DNA of 64,000 nucleotides from Octopus sinensis (taxonomy: Eukaryota). Location of the stretch: contig NC_043005.1 in assembly GCF_006345805.1 (NCBI RefSeq), positions 66,092,001 through 66,156,000 of the forward strand, written 5' to 3'. Below, one piece after another: positions 11,271 through 23,720 of this stretch; position 1 is the stretch's first letter; each line of letters begins with the position of its first letter. Both the position numbers and the translations under genes were made by a program. A model generated the notes under the pieces. That model made no database searches. It was not told the origin of the DNA and worked only from the letters and a program-made list of their open reading frames with translations.

Positions 11271-12154
11271 TATATACAGCAGAGAGAAAATAAAGGAAAA
11301 GAAGTATACATTAAAATCGACTGCGAAGATGATACGCCACCGGATATTCTTTCCAAGATTGGAAAGGTTTATTAGATAAATATCACTTAACATCAAAAAA
11401 AAAAAAAAAGAAAAAAGAAAAGAAGAAAATGGACCGTAAAGTATTTTATGATAGTAGCCGTAAATTACACCAGGCGGGTTTATGTAACCCGGTCTTATCT
11501 TCACTGAAAAGGATGCTATATGTACTTTGTGATATTTATAACTATAGAGACTTGTAGCAAGAAAGTTTCACTAAATAACACGAATATCGCCACTGTTTTC
11601 ACTTTAGAAATACAACCGAAGACATGCATCTGTAAATAATGCACTATACAAATACATTAGCGCGATACAAATACACATATACACGCATGCACACGCGCAC
11701 ACATACACATACACACACACTCAGGCAAACATATAAATACACACTCAATGGCAAGCCCACATTTTCGGGACCCTAAAACTTGAACTATTATGAAGCTCCT
11801 TTGCAGCAAGCGACAATAGATCAGTATCTAATATGGTACAAATGGTTTAGGTACCTCCAAAAGGACCTTCATGTACTGGAGAATGGTGTAATTGGGAAAG
11901 TCCTTGCAAATGGGGCTATGCAGTGAGCCCTTTCCTACTATCATTGAGCTTTGGATAGCTTCTGTCAGCTTCTTCAATGTATTTGTTCCACGATAGACCC
12001 CTACAAATCTACAAATAAAATTTAACCAGTACGTCTCAGATTTTGATTTAAATTGCTGTACTGAGCTATTACACTTGTCAAAGACACTGGTATGACTGAA
12101 AATTTCCCATACTTTATAATTTTTGAGTTATTGGCTGTGTGTGTGTTTGTTTGT

Positions 12155-12450
12155 TCCTTCTCGAACCATGCCTGGCTCATAAGGGCCGGTTTCCCGGTTT
12201 CCTTGGCGTATAGGTTCCCCACCTGGACGGGACGCCGGTCCGTCGCAGGCGAGCTGCAAAATGCAGGAGGAAAGAGCGAGAGAAAGTTGTGGCGAAAGAG
12301 TAAGCAGAAGTTCGCCGTTACCTTCTGCTGGAGCCGCGTGGAGCTTAGGTGTATCGCTCATAAACACGCACATCGCCCGGTCTGAGATTCGAACCCGCGA
12401 TCCCTCGACCGCGAGCTCGCTGCTCTAACCACTAGGTCATGTGCCTCCAC
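12155..12450 (-). mobile_element. tRNA-derived SINE
   Basis: Minus-strand head GTGGAGGCACATGACCTAGTGGTTAGAGCAGCG..GGTTCGAATCTC; tail GACCGGCGTCCCGTCCAGGTGGGGAACC. Confidence 0.85.
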
Positions 12451-13314
12451 TGTGTGTGTGTGTGTTAGGCTGTTTTAATTCTCAATAGATTGATGGAATA
12501 AACATAGTGAAGCCCATGGTGTGATATTATTCATTAACGCCTATGGGAATTTAAACTACATGAAGCACTTTTCGCAAAATACTTCTTTCACTAGCAATAT
12601 ATTCAGGTATGGTCTTGTTCACTGGTGCTAGGCTGACTTGTTTCTGCTGTAGATGTTCACAAAATTGACATCGCAAGATATTTCGAATTTTCATCCGACC
12701 GCTTTTCTTTCCGTTTTAGTATCCATATAGGTATTCTCGTGAATACATTTCTTTTCTTGTTGAGGTTTAACTTTTGTTAAAACGGAAAATTTTCATAGCA
12801 GCAACAGGATAGATCTCGATTTTGGTGGGCGAATAAGACAGAAACAAGTGCAGAATAATTTTATTCAAGTCTCCATGTCAAGTATTAGATTCAAGTCTAC
12901 GAAACGAAAGTGTTTATTGACGGGATACAAAACCCTTAAAGGAAACTCTTCTTAAGCTTTTCCTACAAAACTAATTGTGTTATAATCATTAGGTTGCAAA
13001 TTTTGTTGCGCAAAAACTGTTTAAGTCAAGAGTTAAAAGATTTCGTACGTAAAAATTAAAAAAAATTCGCGTATACAATTTAATTGAAGACAATTTGTAT
13101 TCATTAGAATATATTAGGATATAAACTTCGCGTAGCAGTTGTCATAAAAAGTATAATCCCCTCCATAATATTAATATTCTAAGTTTTTATCTAGGACAAA
13201 CTCTAACTCAATAAATTGGGGTCGCTCAGTCAGCCATTTTAAACTGAGAAAAATTAAGAAGTCTTGCAAATCGTATTACTCTCGAATGCCAAAATAAATT
13301 TAGACATTATTTTT

Positions 13315-13690
13315 TACTTCTTTCAATCATTAGACTGCGGCCGTATTATGGCACCACCTTGAAAGGTTTAGTAGAACTAATCAATCCCAGTACTTTTTAA
13401 AGTCTGGTACTTGCTCTATCAGTTTCTTTTGCCGAAATCACTAAGTTCCGGAAACGTAAACAAGCCAATACTAGTTACCAAGCAGTGGGGTGGAGGACAT
13501 AAATGAATACTAACACACACACACACATGCACACACACGCACGACGGTCTTCCAAACAATTTCCGAATTCACTCACAAAGCATCGGCCGGACTGGTGCTA
13601 CAGTAGTAGCCACTTGCCCAAGGTACCACGGAATGGGAATGTACTCGAAACGATGTAGCTGCAAAGCAGGCTTCTTAACCATATATTGGC
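13315..13690 (-). mobile_element. Family A SINE (diverged)
   Basis: TTTTACTTCTTTCAATCATTAGACTGCGGCC..TAGTAGCCACTTGCCCAAGGTACCAC homologous to other family A copies. Confidence 0.75.
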
Positions 13691-13708
13691 GTTATGAATA
13701 GGTTTGCT

Positions 13709-13940
13709 AGGCGACGAGCTGGCAGAAACGTTAGCACGCCGGGTGAAATGCGTAGCCGTATTTCGTCTGCCGTTACGTTCTGAGTTCAAATTCCGCCGAG
13801 GTTGACTTTGCCTTTAATCCTTTCGGGGTCGATAAATTAAGTACCATTTACACACTGGGACCGATGTAATCGACTTAATCCGTTTGTCTGTCCTTGTTTG
13901 TCCCCTCTATGTTTAGCCCCTTGTGGGTAATAAAGAAACA
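13709..13940 (+). mobile_element. Young Nin-domain SINE (tail type A) with 18-bp target-site duplication
   Basis: TSD GTTATGAATAGGTTTGCT at 13691-13708 and 13941-13958; Nin domain GAGGTTGACTTTGCCTTTAATCCTTTCGGGGTCGATAAATTAAGTACC; tail TAGCCCCTTGTGGGTAATAAAGAAA. Confidence 0.9.
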
Positions 13941-14635
13941 GTTATGAATAGGTTTGCTGCCAGGTTTTGGTATGTGGGAATGAACTTGAAAAGCTTTCTG
14001 GGTGACACTCTTATTCATACCAGTTCTAAAGCGGAGTTTCAGAATAAGTGTATCTTCATAATTCTATCAAGAATTTCTTTCATTTAAGAACATCAATATT
14101 TCACAAGAATATGTTTGAATTATTAACGATTGACACACTTTGTGAAAATGAAATATTTTAAAAACATTTTAAAATTCGTAATTGAAACAGAATGTTCTAA
14201 TTTGAATTAAATACAATAAATTTTTAGCACGAACAAACTGAAATAAAATATTTAAAAGAGAGCAAAGAATTAATAATTACCATTATTCATTTTGATAAAT
14301 AGGCTTTAGAAATACAAGGACTATTCAGTGGATGTTTTGATAAATTTGATTTCAACTGAAAAACGATATCAGGCAATTATGTAAAATATGAAAAATTTCT
14401 TTACCTTACGCCTAAAATTAAATTTATGAGAAGAATATCTTGTGAAATAAAATACTTCGCTGTCATGTATAATAATGAAACTGGCTTTGAGTATGGACAC
14501 GCACACAACCTCGGCCAACGTCTTGATTTGAATTTGGCGCCCCATCGTGTACATATATTATTATATATAGAGTTGGATATATAGTACCGCAATATAGTCT
14601 TGTATTAGTTACATTTATATGTATGTAAGATGTAA

Positions 14636-14733
<98 letters not shown>

Positions 14734-14753
14734 GAAGTGATGTGCAGATACTG

Positions 14754-16036
14754 TATATTGAGAATAATAATGTAATCAGAATGCTGGATGATTATATACA
14801 TATATATATATTTTACATTTTTTAGCGCTTTCTTCCGTTATCCGTTATATCAAAAAAGTGGTTTTGTAAGCTTGCTTCGACTTTTTATATAAATTTGAAG
14901 CTGATAATGTTTTAGAAAGAGAAAGAGAGAGGTAGAGAGATAGGGAAGGGGGAAGAGAGGAGCAAATTAGAAAGGAAGGTGCAGGTGTGAGAGTGGAGGA
15001 GAGAGTGGGAGATAGTGAAGATAGACAAAAGAAAAGGTAGGAGTGTTTGGAGATTTGCGGAGGAAGGGTAAAAGAAAGAAGAAAAAAAGAAAAGAGAGGG
15101 AGGGGGAGGTAAAGGATGCGTGGCTTTTGTATCAGTGTGGTCAAACTTGTTTGATTATGATTCAATATGTTGTTTTTTTCCTTTTTAGTGATCTTTTGGG
15201 TGGGAAAAGAAAGGAATTTTTTGTATTCAAGCGGTCAAGGTTTTTAATTGGAAGACCATATGTTGTCTTTGATTTTCATCAGTAAGAATTATAGATATAT
15301 TTTAAGGTCTTGCTTTTTAAAAATTCTTTTATATTCATTGTTACATTAATTTTTATATCATGTAATCAAACTTTATCGATTAAAATTCCAGATGTTTTTG
15401 ATATAGACATGTAAGGCTATGTTTTGGAATGAGTGATTTTAAAGTAAGTATAGGTATATGATTTTTAAATACAATCTGAAAAAAATGTTTAAGTGTGGGG
15501 AAAGTGTTTCTCACTTATAAGTTATAAATTATAAATTGAGAAATACTTTCCCACGCTTTTTTTTCAGATTGCATTTAAAATCACATATATACTTACTTTA
15601 AAATCACTCTTTCAAAAACATAACCATACACGGCTAGATCAAAAACATCATCTGGAATTTTAATCGAAAATATTTGACTACATCCATACAACCATTAATG
15701 TAATAATGAATACAAAAGAATTAAAATATGCAATACCTTGAAATGTATTTATAATTCTTACAGGTGAAAATCAAAAACAACATCTGGTCTTCACTATCTT
15801 CCACTCTCTCCTCCTCTCTCACCCTGCACCTTCCTTCTTTCTAATTTGTCCCTCTCTTTTCCCCTCTTCCCCCTCTCTTTCCTTCTAAAATATCATAGTT
15901 TCAATTTTATATAAAAAGGCGAAGCAACCTTAACATGGACACATTTTTGATAAACCCGACAACGGAAGAAAGCGCTAAAAATGTAAAATATATATATAAT
16001 CATCCAACATTCTGACTACCTTATTATTTTCAATAT
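14754..16036. mobile_element. Foldback-type imperfect palindrome of about 1.3 kb
   Basis: Arms are reverse complements, e.g. TTTTACATTTTTAGCGCTTTCTTCCGTT (about 14812) vs AACGGAAGAAAGCGCTAAAAATGTAAAA (about 15961). Centre near 15525; left arm carries an extra block at about 15025-15250. Confidence 0.8.
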
Positions 16037-16038
16037 AT

Positions 16039-16084
<46 letters not shown>

Positions 16085-16085
<1 letters not shown>

Positions 16086-16420
16086 GGTAAAGAGTAAAAA
16101 GCTCCTTCGGTTATGAATGGCCATGGGACTGCAGCTAGAAACTTACTCTCCAAGGCATAAGCCCGAGCAGGGTTGTTTATGAAAGACCAAGATACCAACC
16201 TCCCCTCTACATGCCACCGATGTTATCCAAGGGAAAGGCAAAAGCCGATACCCCTTGGGACCAGTGACGCCGCAACTTATTTCTACAGCTGAGTGAACTG
16301 GAGCAACGAGAAACAAAGTATCTTGTTCAAGAACACAATTCACAGTCTGGTCCGGGAATCGAACTCACTACGTCATGATTGTGAGCCCGACACTCTAACC
16401 ACTTAGCCATGGGCCTTCAC
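16085..16420 (-). mobile_element. CORE-like tRNA SINE
   Basis: CTACAGCTGAGTGAACTGGAGCAACGAGAAACAAAGTATCTTGTTCAAGAACAC..GGGAATCGAACTC..CTCTAACCACTTAGCCATGGGCCTTCAC (reverse of head plus CORE). Confidence 0.8.
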
Positions 16421-16859
16421 ATATGAACATACTTATATATGTGCGTGTAGATATGTATAGACACACACATATACATACACATGAGTTCACACATACATAT
16501 TTACTTACCTTACGCAATCTTATTTAACAATTCTTGTCTAAATTTAAACCCCAACTGCTCCCGCCCCTTCTTCCATTTCACCAAAAGAAATTTTCTTCGG
16601 ACGACATCAGTCCCCTGTACCATTGTTTTCAAAGGGAGGATAAACCCCGTAGAGTCCTTGAAATATTGATGGTGCAAATTTCATAGTAGCATTACATCAT
16701 TTCAAGCAAAACAGGAAACGTTAATATATAAAACTGTAATATATAACAAAATAGTAATATATAAAAAATGTAATTGAGATATACTCGTGTTTTCAGAATC
16801 AAATTTAAAAGAAAAATATGTTACATTCACATGCACAAACACACATATACACGTATATG

Positions 16860-16929
16860 CATGCGTACGTGAAAATAGACATATGTATCTGTATAAGTAT
16901 ACGCTCGCACACGCACGCACACACACGCG

Positions 16930-17007
<78 letters not shown>

Positions 17008-17411
17008 ATATATATATACACACACCACACACAAAGACACGGGCGCGCACACACACACGCATATAAATATACACATATAAAAGTATATAGATATATATTT
17101 GTATATTTATATACATCCACATACACATATATATATACGTATATGTATATATATATTATATGTGTATATATATATATATACACAATATATATAGTATGTA
17201 TATATATATATATATATGGATGTATGTAGCTTCATATGTAAATAGGTATATGTGAATAGGTATATATATATATATAATATATATGTATGTATGTATATAT
17301 AACAGATATATAAATATATCTAATATGTATGTATGTATATACATATATAATATATATAATATGAATGTATGTATATATATAATATATATGTATGTATGTA
17401 TATATATAATA

Positions 17412-17454
<43 letters not shown>

Positions 17455-17700
17455 TGTATGTATATATATAATATTATAATATATATGTATGTATGTATAT
17501 ATATATAATATATATGTATGATAGATATATATATATATATAATATATATATATGTATGTATATATATATTATATATATATAATATATGTATGTATATGTA
17601 TATATATATATATATATAATATATATGCATGTATGTATATATATATATATATATAATATATATGCATGTATGTATATATTATATATATATATATGGATGT
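16860..17700. repeat. Compound (CA)n/(TA)n/(TATG)n microsatellite field
   Basis: Direct reading; source of the many Y/I/V/C-rich spurious ORFs. Confidence 0.95.
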
Positions 17701-18230
17701 ATGTAGTTTCGTACGTGAATAGGTATGAGTGGTGTGTAATACGAAGACCCCCTAAAATATTGTTTCCTTTTGGAGATTCTGCGGGTTAAGTTTTAAGTAT
17801 GAAGTATCAAAATACCTGAGAATCTCCTAACTTGTAGCTTTAACCTTTTAGGCAAGACAAGTTAAGAGCATTTCTATGTTTCCTAAATTGGTGAAACGAG
17901 AAACTGAAGCTAGAATCCATTAGGTTTTCTTAGTTATATAATGATAACTGTCAAACATTGCGGTAGATAATGGGTAATAATAAAAGCAAAACAAAGCAAG
18001 ACAGAATAATTTAATAATGATAATAAATGTAAAAAGATATTTTTTTAGATATTACGAAGATATGGTCAATAAGTTAACATATTAAGAACAAGGAAATTGG
18101 TAATAGAAAATTTAAAAACAAACTAAATAAAAATAAAAGGTATGTTAAAAAAATTGTGTCTTAATATAAATTGAAGGTTATATTGATGTATTTACATAAA
18201 TAAACTTCTATAAAGCGGATATTATATATA

Positions 18231-18543
18231 CAGTGGAACATCGATTTACGAACGCCTCTCATCAGAAGCAAATCTGTTTACGAACAAATTTTCGAACATA
18301 AAACATCTGGGCTGACGAATAGAGTCTCGAGTAACGAATAGACAAACAATAAGCAAGGGTTGGCAACAAGCTGGAATTACCAGTAGGAGAGCGCCAGTTG
18401 CTGTCTGGGTTTCGTTCAGTGCACATCCCTGCTCGAATTTTCCCTTGAATTTCCTGCGGGGAAACATAGTTTCGATTCACGAACATTTCGAGTGACGAAC
18501 GGCCTTCAGGAACGAATTAAATTCGTAAACCGAAGTTCCACTA
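18231..18543. mobile_element. Tigger/pogo-type (Tc1/mariner superfamily) MITE
   Basis: TIRs CAGTGGAACATCGATTTACGAA / TTCGTAAACCGAAGTTCCACTA, flanked by TA. Confidence 0.8.
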
Positions 18544-18742
18544 TATATATAAGTGTGTGTGTGTGTGTGTGTGTGTGTTTGTTTGTGGGCACACATTCAT
18601 AAAACGCTTAGCTTTGCAGCGTCTCTTCAGACCAAGTACGTGAAACCCAGTGTAACTCGATAGACTGGCCATAACTGTCTTTATCTAATTACTCCGCTGC
18701 TCTATAACTTAGAGTGTGCTTCGGATTTGATTTACTCACGAT

Positions 18743-18779
<37 letters not shown>

Positions 18780-18785
<6 letters not shown>

Positions 18786-19270
18786 AATTAATAATAGAAG
18801 GGCAAAATTTATTAATTGAATTAATCAATTAATTAATCAATTAATTAATAATTTGACCAAGTTGATCGGTACGTTAAAATAACCTTTATAGATAAAATTA
18901 TCCACATAATTATAATTAGGGTTCAGCTAATTGCTTCACCACATACCGAATTTAGAAATAGGTGTTAAATTCCTTTTCTGCTACTATAAGAATCTCCATG
19001 ACGGTAACATACATTTTTACAAAGGCAAAGAGAAAAACAATGAATCAACACGACCAGGATTAACTATATACGCGTTTCGAGATTAAAGTGATTTAAATTT
19101 TACTTACTTCTCTCTTCAGTATAGTATTTCCAGTTATAAAATTTGAAAGTGCTAGGGATAAATATGCACACAATCGAGTGACATCATGTAACAGATATCC
19201 AACCAATACTTCCAAAATTTACTGAGTCGAATGTGAATACACTATCCAAACTCTATACCCACGTGTATGC
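18780..19270 (-). mobile_element. Penelope-like terminal fragment carrying an intact hammerhead
   Basis: Lies between (TA)n tracts and contains the minimal hammerhead at 19063-19125. No ORF is visible, so the family call rests on ribozyme type and context. Confidence 0.55.
19063..19125 (-). ncRNA. Minimal type I hammerhead ribozyme (intact), palindromic helix III
   Basis: Minus strand: ACTATA-CTGAAGA-GAGA-(26 nt)-TCTC-GAA-ACGCGT-A/TATAGT. Perfect 6-bp helix I, 4-bp helix II closed by G-C, full core, GUA cleavage triplet (cut between 19069 and 19068). Confidence 0.85.
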
Positions 19271-19385
19271 TACGAGCAATACCACAGAAAACTGCGGTAT
19301 ATACAAATGAATCTATATCTATACATGTATATAATATATATATACATCTATACTTACACATCTATACATATACATCTTTACGTGT

Positions 19386-19461
<76 letters not shown>

Positions 19462-19904
19462 ATACATACGTATATATGTGCAGAGTTTTTGTGATGTACA
19501 CATACAGACAGAAAGACAGACACACGCATTCTCAGTTTTATATATATAGATTAAAAGAATTTAAATGCCGTAGTCCCGTCTTGACTAATTGTTTGCCTTC
19601 CTCACTAATTTAGCCGGTATAAATATATTAGTTGAAAAGGCGGTTGTTAATGACATCAAAGCATTTAGAAAAAATGTTATATACAGAAGTAATTATACAT
19701 ATAATTAACAGTCTGCGACAGAATCGTGGGTACTAATGAAACTTGTTAAAAAACTTTAACACTGCTTCTGTTGCTGCATGATACACCTAAAACCCAGGGG
19801 TTTTTGACAGCGCAATTCTGGCAAAGGTATGATCATGAATTGATACAATATTTTACCATTTGCAAGAAAGATAAGGTAAAAGAAAAGAAAATACGGATTT
19901 ATTT

Positions 19905-20960
19905 TTAATCATCATTATCAGAGACCTCAGTAATGCTTTCCTCGGCATCAGAGGAGCTACTAAGACCCATATTCTCATCTGAATAATCTCCTTTTTCACA
20001 ATCCATTTTCATCCATAAACTTGATGTGTTCTCATAGGCTTCCCAGATTCCTATTTTCTTTATCGTTGCATCCTTGAACAATATTTGCTTTCAAAGTTGA
20101 AGTACATCTATGAATGTAGTGCCGGATGTGTACTGGCTACCAATCTTTCCTCTTACCACATCTCAGACAGTCTCAGCTGGTTGCTAATCCGTGTGATGAG
20201 GTGGTGAAAATAGCATTTCCTGTCCTTCATCTTGAGCCATTTTTGCAATAACAAGAATTACATTACTTTGGGTATACAGAAGCAGTTTACCCCATAACTT
20301 TGCCTTCGTGTCGTTGCCATCAAAATCGGTTCCATATTTTGTACCCGCTTTTTGCAACGCTGCTTTCTTTATCGGCGTATTTTCGGGTAGCTTTTTATGG
20401 TATTTGGCATTGCCCATCACGATAACAACATTGGATATATTCTCCCCTTTCAAAGACTGCAATGGCTGTCTCACCCATTTGACAAAGTATTCGTGATCAA
20501 ACATGCCATGATAATCCTTCGTTTGCTTCTTTCCCCTTTCAAATATATCAAGCGTATCCATCAGTAATCCAGATTGTTGTTCATTCGATCGTTGACCGTC
20601 CGGAATACTATGATCGGCATCTATAATTGGAGCAATGAAACAATATCGTCGTCCTTTGTGGCATGCAATAGTTGTAAGATTTTGTTCATCATTTGGATCG
20701 TACGATGAATCCTCATGCCGACAATAGTTCTTGTGGATGTAGCTTTCATCCATATAAACGATCCTCTGACTCAAATGAAGAGAAGAGTCATCATTCGCTT
20801 GACATAATGGTCATGCATGAGCGAAACGTGTTCCCTTAGGCGGTAGTTTTTACTTCCTTCCTTCTTTTCTTTTAAAAATCCCTTACAGAGAGAAAAAATA
20901 TCAGGATATAAACGCCGCGGCGAGTTCCTTTGCTTTCCGGGGTGTTTAGGGCCTGGGAAA
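19905..20960 (-). pseudogene. IS630/Tc1/mariner DDE transposase relic with long D-E spacer (Sailor/DD82E-like)
   Basis: 196-aa ORF: IVYMDESYIH..KGRRYCFI..KDYHGMF..VIVM(G)NAKYH..FSPPHHTD, continuing past a stop as *QPAETV*DVVRGKIGSQY. 79 residues lie between the second catalytic position (mutated D>G) and E. An upstream frameshifted part reads GFLKEKKEGSKNYRL..DHYVKRM. Confidence 0.8.
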
Positions 20961-21494
20961 TGATTGGTCGGTGGGAAAAATTCAAAAGTACCCTCGATGC
21001 TGTCGCGGACTGAAAGCAGAAAATAGAAAAACCAGGAAAGCGAAAGTTCAGAGTAGTTTTTCATCGGTAGATACACGTGCATATGTATACGTACACACAC
21101 ATACATGCATATACATACATATACATACCTACAATACATACATACACATAAATATATAGAGACATATCTACATCATAACGCACATATGCAAACGATTTAA
21201 AAAAATACTGTTCGGTGTTTATAATATTAAAATGTAATACAAGGAAATTATACATTAATTTGTTGTAACATGATTAAATACGTGAGTAAAAATAAAAGTA
21301 AATAATAAAAATAACCTCAGCAAAGGTAAGCTTAAATTAAATTTTAATTTAAATTCATAAAACAGTCGAAAGCTTTCTTAAAAATGAAGTCGCAATATAC
21401 ATTAGCGTTGCGATGCAAAATAACTATACCGTGTAGAGTCAAATTAAAATGCGACTGTCGCATTTGAATTTGACTTAACTCTCTCTCATAATCA

Positions 21495-22470
21495 ATAAAC
21501 GTTACGCAGAGACAACCGATACTCTCTCACTCGATCCAGTATTAGAGTAAATATATGATCTATATTACTGTACTTCTTTCTGAACCTTGCCTTTTCTCTT
21601 AGCTGCTGCTCATCTAGTTGCTGAGATAACCATTCAGCGATTATCCTCGAGAGCAGCTTGTAAATATGAGATGAAAGCATAAGGATAAACGGAGAGCTGC
21701 TCACCCATCTAAGATTCGCTGACGACATAGCGTTGGTAGCGGAGAGCACCGATCAGTTACAGACCATGCTGGGCGAACTGAATTTCAGGGGTTCGGCGGT
21801 GGGCCTGAAGATCAACCGTACGAAAACCAAGTACATATGGTCTGAGGGCGTAACGATCGGTCGCCTAACAATCGGGAGATGAAATAGAAGAGATAAGCAG
21901 CTATGTGTATCTCGGTCAAGAAGTGACTATGGGGCGAGTAATGGAGAATGAGATCTCGCGAAGAGTAAGAGCAGAAAGGAGAGCAGTCAACTTGGTGAAG
22001 GATGTTCTGAAGGTGAACCTAGGCAGGGCAACTCGCACATTATTGCTTGCAATGCTATACGCATGTGAGACTTGGGCCTTGATGAAGAGAGAAGAACATC
22101 TGCATACAGCGCAGAGCCGTGGAAAGGTCGATGCTGGGAATCTCGTTAATAAATCACACCCGGAACGTGGAGATCAGTGACAGAACTGGAGTGAAGGACG
22201 TTGTCGCAGAATGCCACCAGCAAAGCTATGATGAGCTTGTCACGTCGCAAGGTTCACAGACATCAGTGGACCCGTGCAGTTGTCGAGTGATACCCGCGCG
22301 ATCGGAAGAGACCACTCGGAAGACTCCAATCAGGAGGGAAGATAAGTTAAGAAAAATGTTTGGAGTAACGTGGGGGAGAATGGCGAGAGTACGAGGGGAA
22401 TGGAGCAAATGCTGTGGCCAGCGGATCCGACTCGGTACAACCAGACAGCCTGGCCGATCCAGGCGATCCA
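21495..22470 (+). mobile_element. RTE-clade LINE fragment with inverted 5' part
   Basis: Plus strand 21679-22470: GELLTHLRFADDIALVAES..GLKINRTKTKY..YLGQ..LYACETW..MERSMLGI to a GATCCAGGC tail. Minus strand 21495-21678: SHIYKLLSRII..EKARFRKKYSNIDHIFTL..REYRL (upstream RT motifs). Confidence 0.85.
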
Positions 22471-22474
22471 GGGA

Positions 22475-22504
<30 letters not shown>

Positions 22505-22512
<8 letters not shown>

Positions 22513-22720
22513 ATTTTAATCCAAAAGGAAAACAAAAAAAAAACAACAACAACAGGAACAATTACAGTATTATTATTAATAGGCGCTCAGGAGATGGAAG
22601 CAGGGAGGTATGACGTTTCGAGCGGAGCTCTTCGTCGGAAAACATAAAGAAGGAAGAGAGAGGAAAGAAAGATCCCAGAGCGGGCAACAGGGAAAGAGAA
22701 AAAAGACGACGGTGTTACGA
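22505..22720 (-). mobile_element. Penelope-like terminal fragment with hammerhead variant
   Basis: Minus strand 22607-22642: CCGACGA-A-GAGC-TCC-GCTC-GAAACGTC. Starts next to (TA)n; homologous to 56030-56215. Confidence 0.65.
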
Positions 22721-23720
22721 GTTGCACATGGTGAAAGGCGGATGTTGACGATAACAAAGCAAAGTGGGTTTTTAAAGGCAAAAGAGTGGAGACAAGGTTG
22801 GTACCAAACAGATGTGTGTGTATGTGTGAGTGTGTGATGTGCGTGTGTGTGTGTATGTGTGTGTGTGAGGCGAGATGAAAAAACAAAAAAATATATGTGT
22901 GTGTTAGTGTGTGCGTCTGTGGTAGGGTGTGAGGTAGGCGAGACTAGTGGTCAGCTAGCAGACAGTAGTAAGAAAAGAAGGAAGGAGGAAGGGAGGTCAG
23001 TAGTAAGAAAAGAAGGAGGAGGAAGGGAGGGAGGGGAAGGGGTGGGGACGTATGTAGCGTGCCAGCGTGTGTTGAGTAGTAGTGTGTGTGTGTCCAGTCG
23101 TGGTGGTATTAATGAGTAGATTGAATGTGTGTAAGAGTGATGTATATATATAGGCAAGGTGTGTATATGTGTCGCGCGTGTGTGTAACGAAAAAGGGGGG
23201 GGTTTAGGAAAAAGGACTCCAGCTGAGGGGAAGATGGAAGAGTGGTACCGGGAGACAGGCGTGGGAAAACCAACGACACGCGACGGTCCCAGGAACGGGC
23301 GGGAGGTCTCGTCAGGTCCAAGGGCGAGGTGTATGCGACGCGTATGCAACGCGAGCCGGCGTAAGTGCGTATGTGCGCGTGCCTGCGAGTAATATAGAAT
23401 CTGTGTGAAACGTAATAGAAGATAGGTCAGTTTCAAAACATTGATGTCTAGGTTACAAAAGCAAAGTTTGACGGGAATAATAGTAATTTGCTTTGATTTC
23501 TTGGTAAAAGCAAATGGGAAATAACACTTGTTAACAAAAGACAAGAAAAAAATGTTACACAGTGTTATTTAAGAAATTAAATTTCGATATGTCACGTTAA
23601 AAATGGTTCGCCACCGCAGACCTATTGAATTACATACACTGCCCCAGAACATAACATTCTCTAACAGATCATAACTCAAAGATTTTGAGCTAGTAATTGC
23701 ATTTATTCCGTCTCCCACAG

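Noticed and set aside
11760-12010. Minus-strand open stretch after an acceptor-like TTTGTAG
   Set aside because: Weak donor and no recognisable peptide; insufficient for an exon call.
18603-18640. Minus-strand CTGAAGA followed by a 6-bp hairpin (GACGCT/AGCGTT)
   Set aside because: No GAAA or cleavage site follows; at most a truncated ribozyme half.
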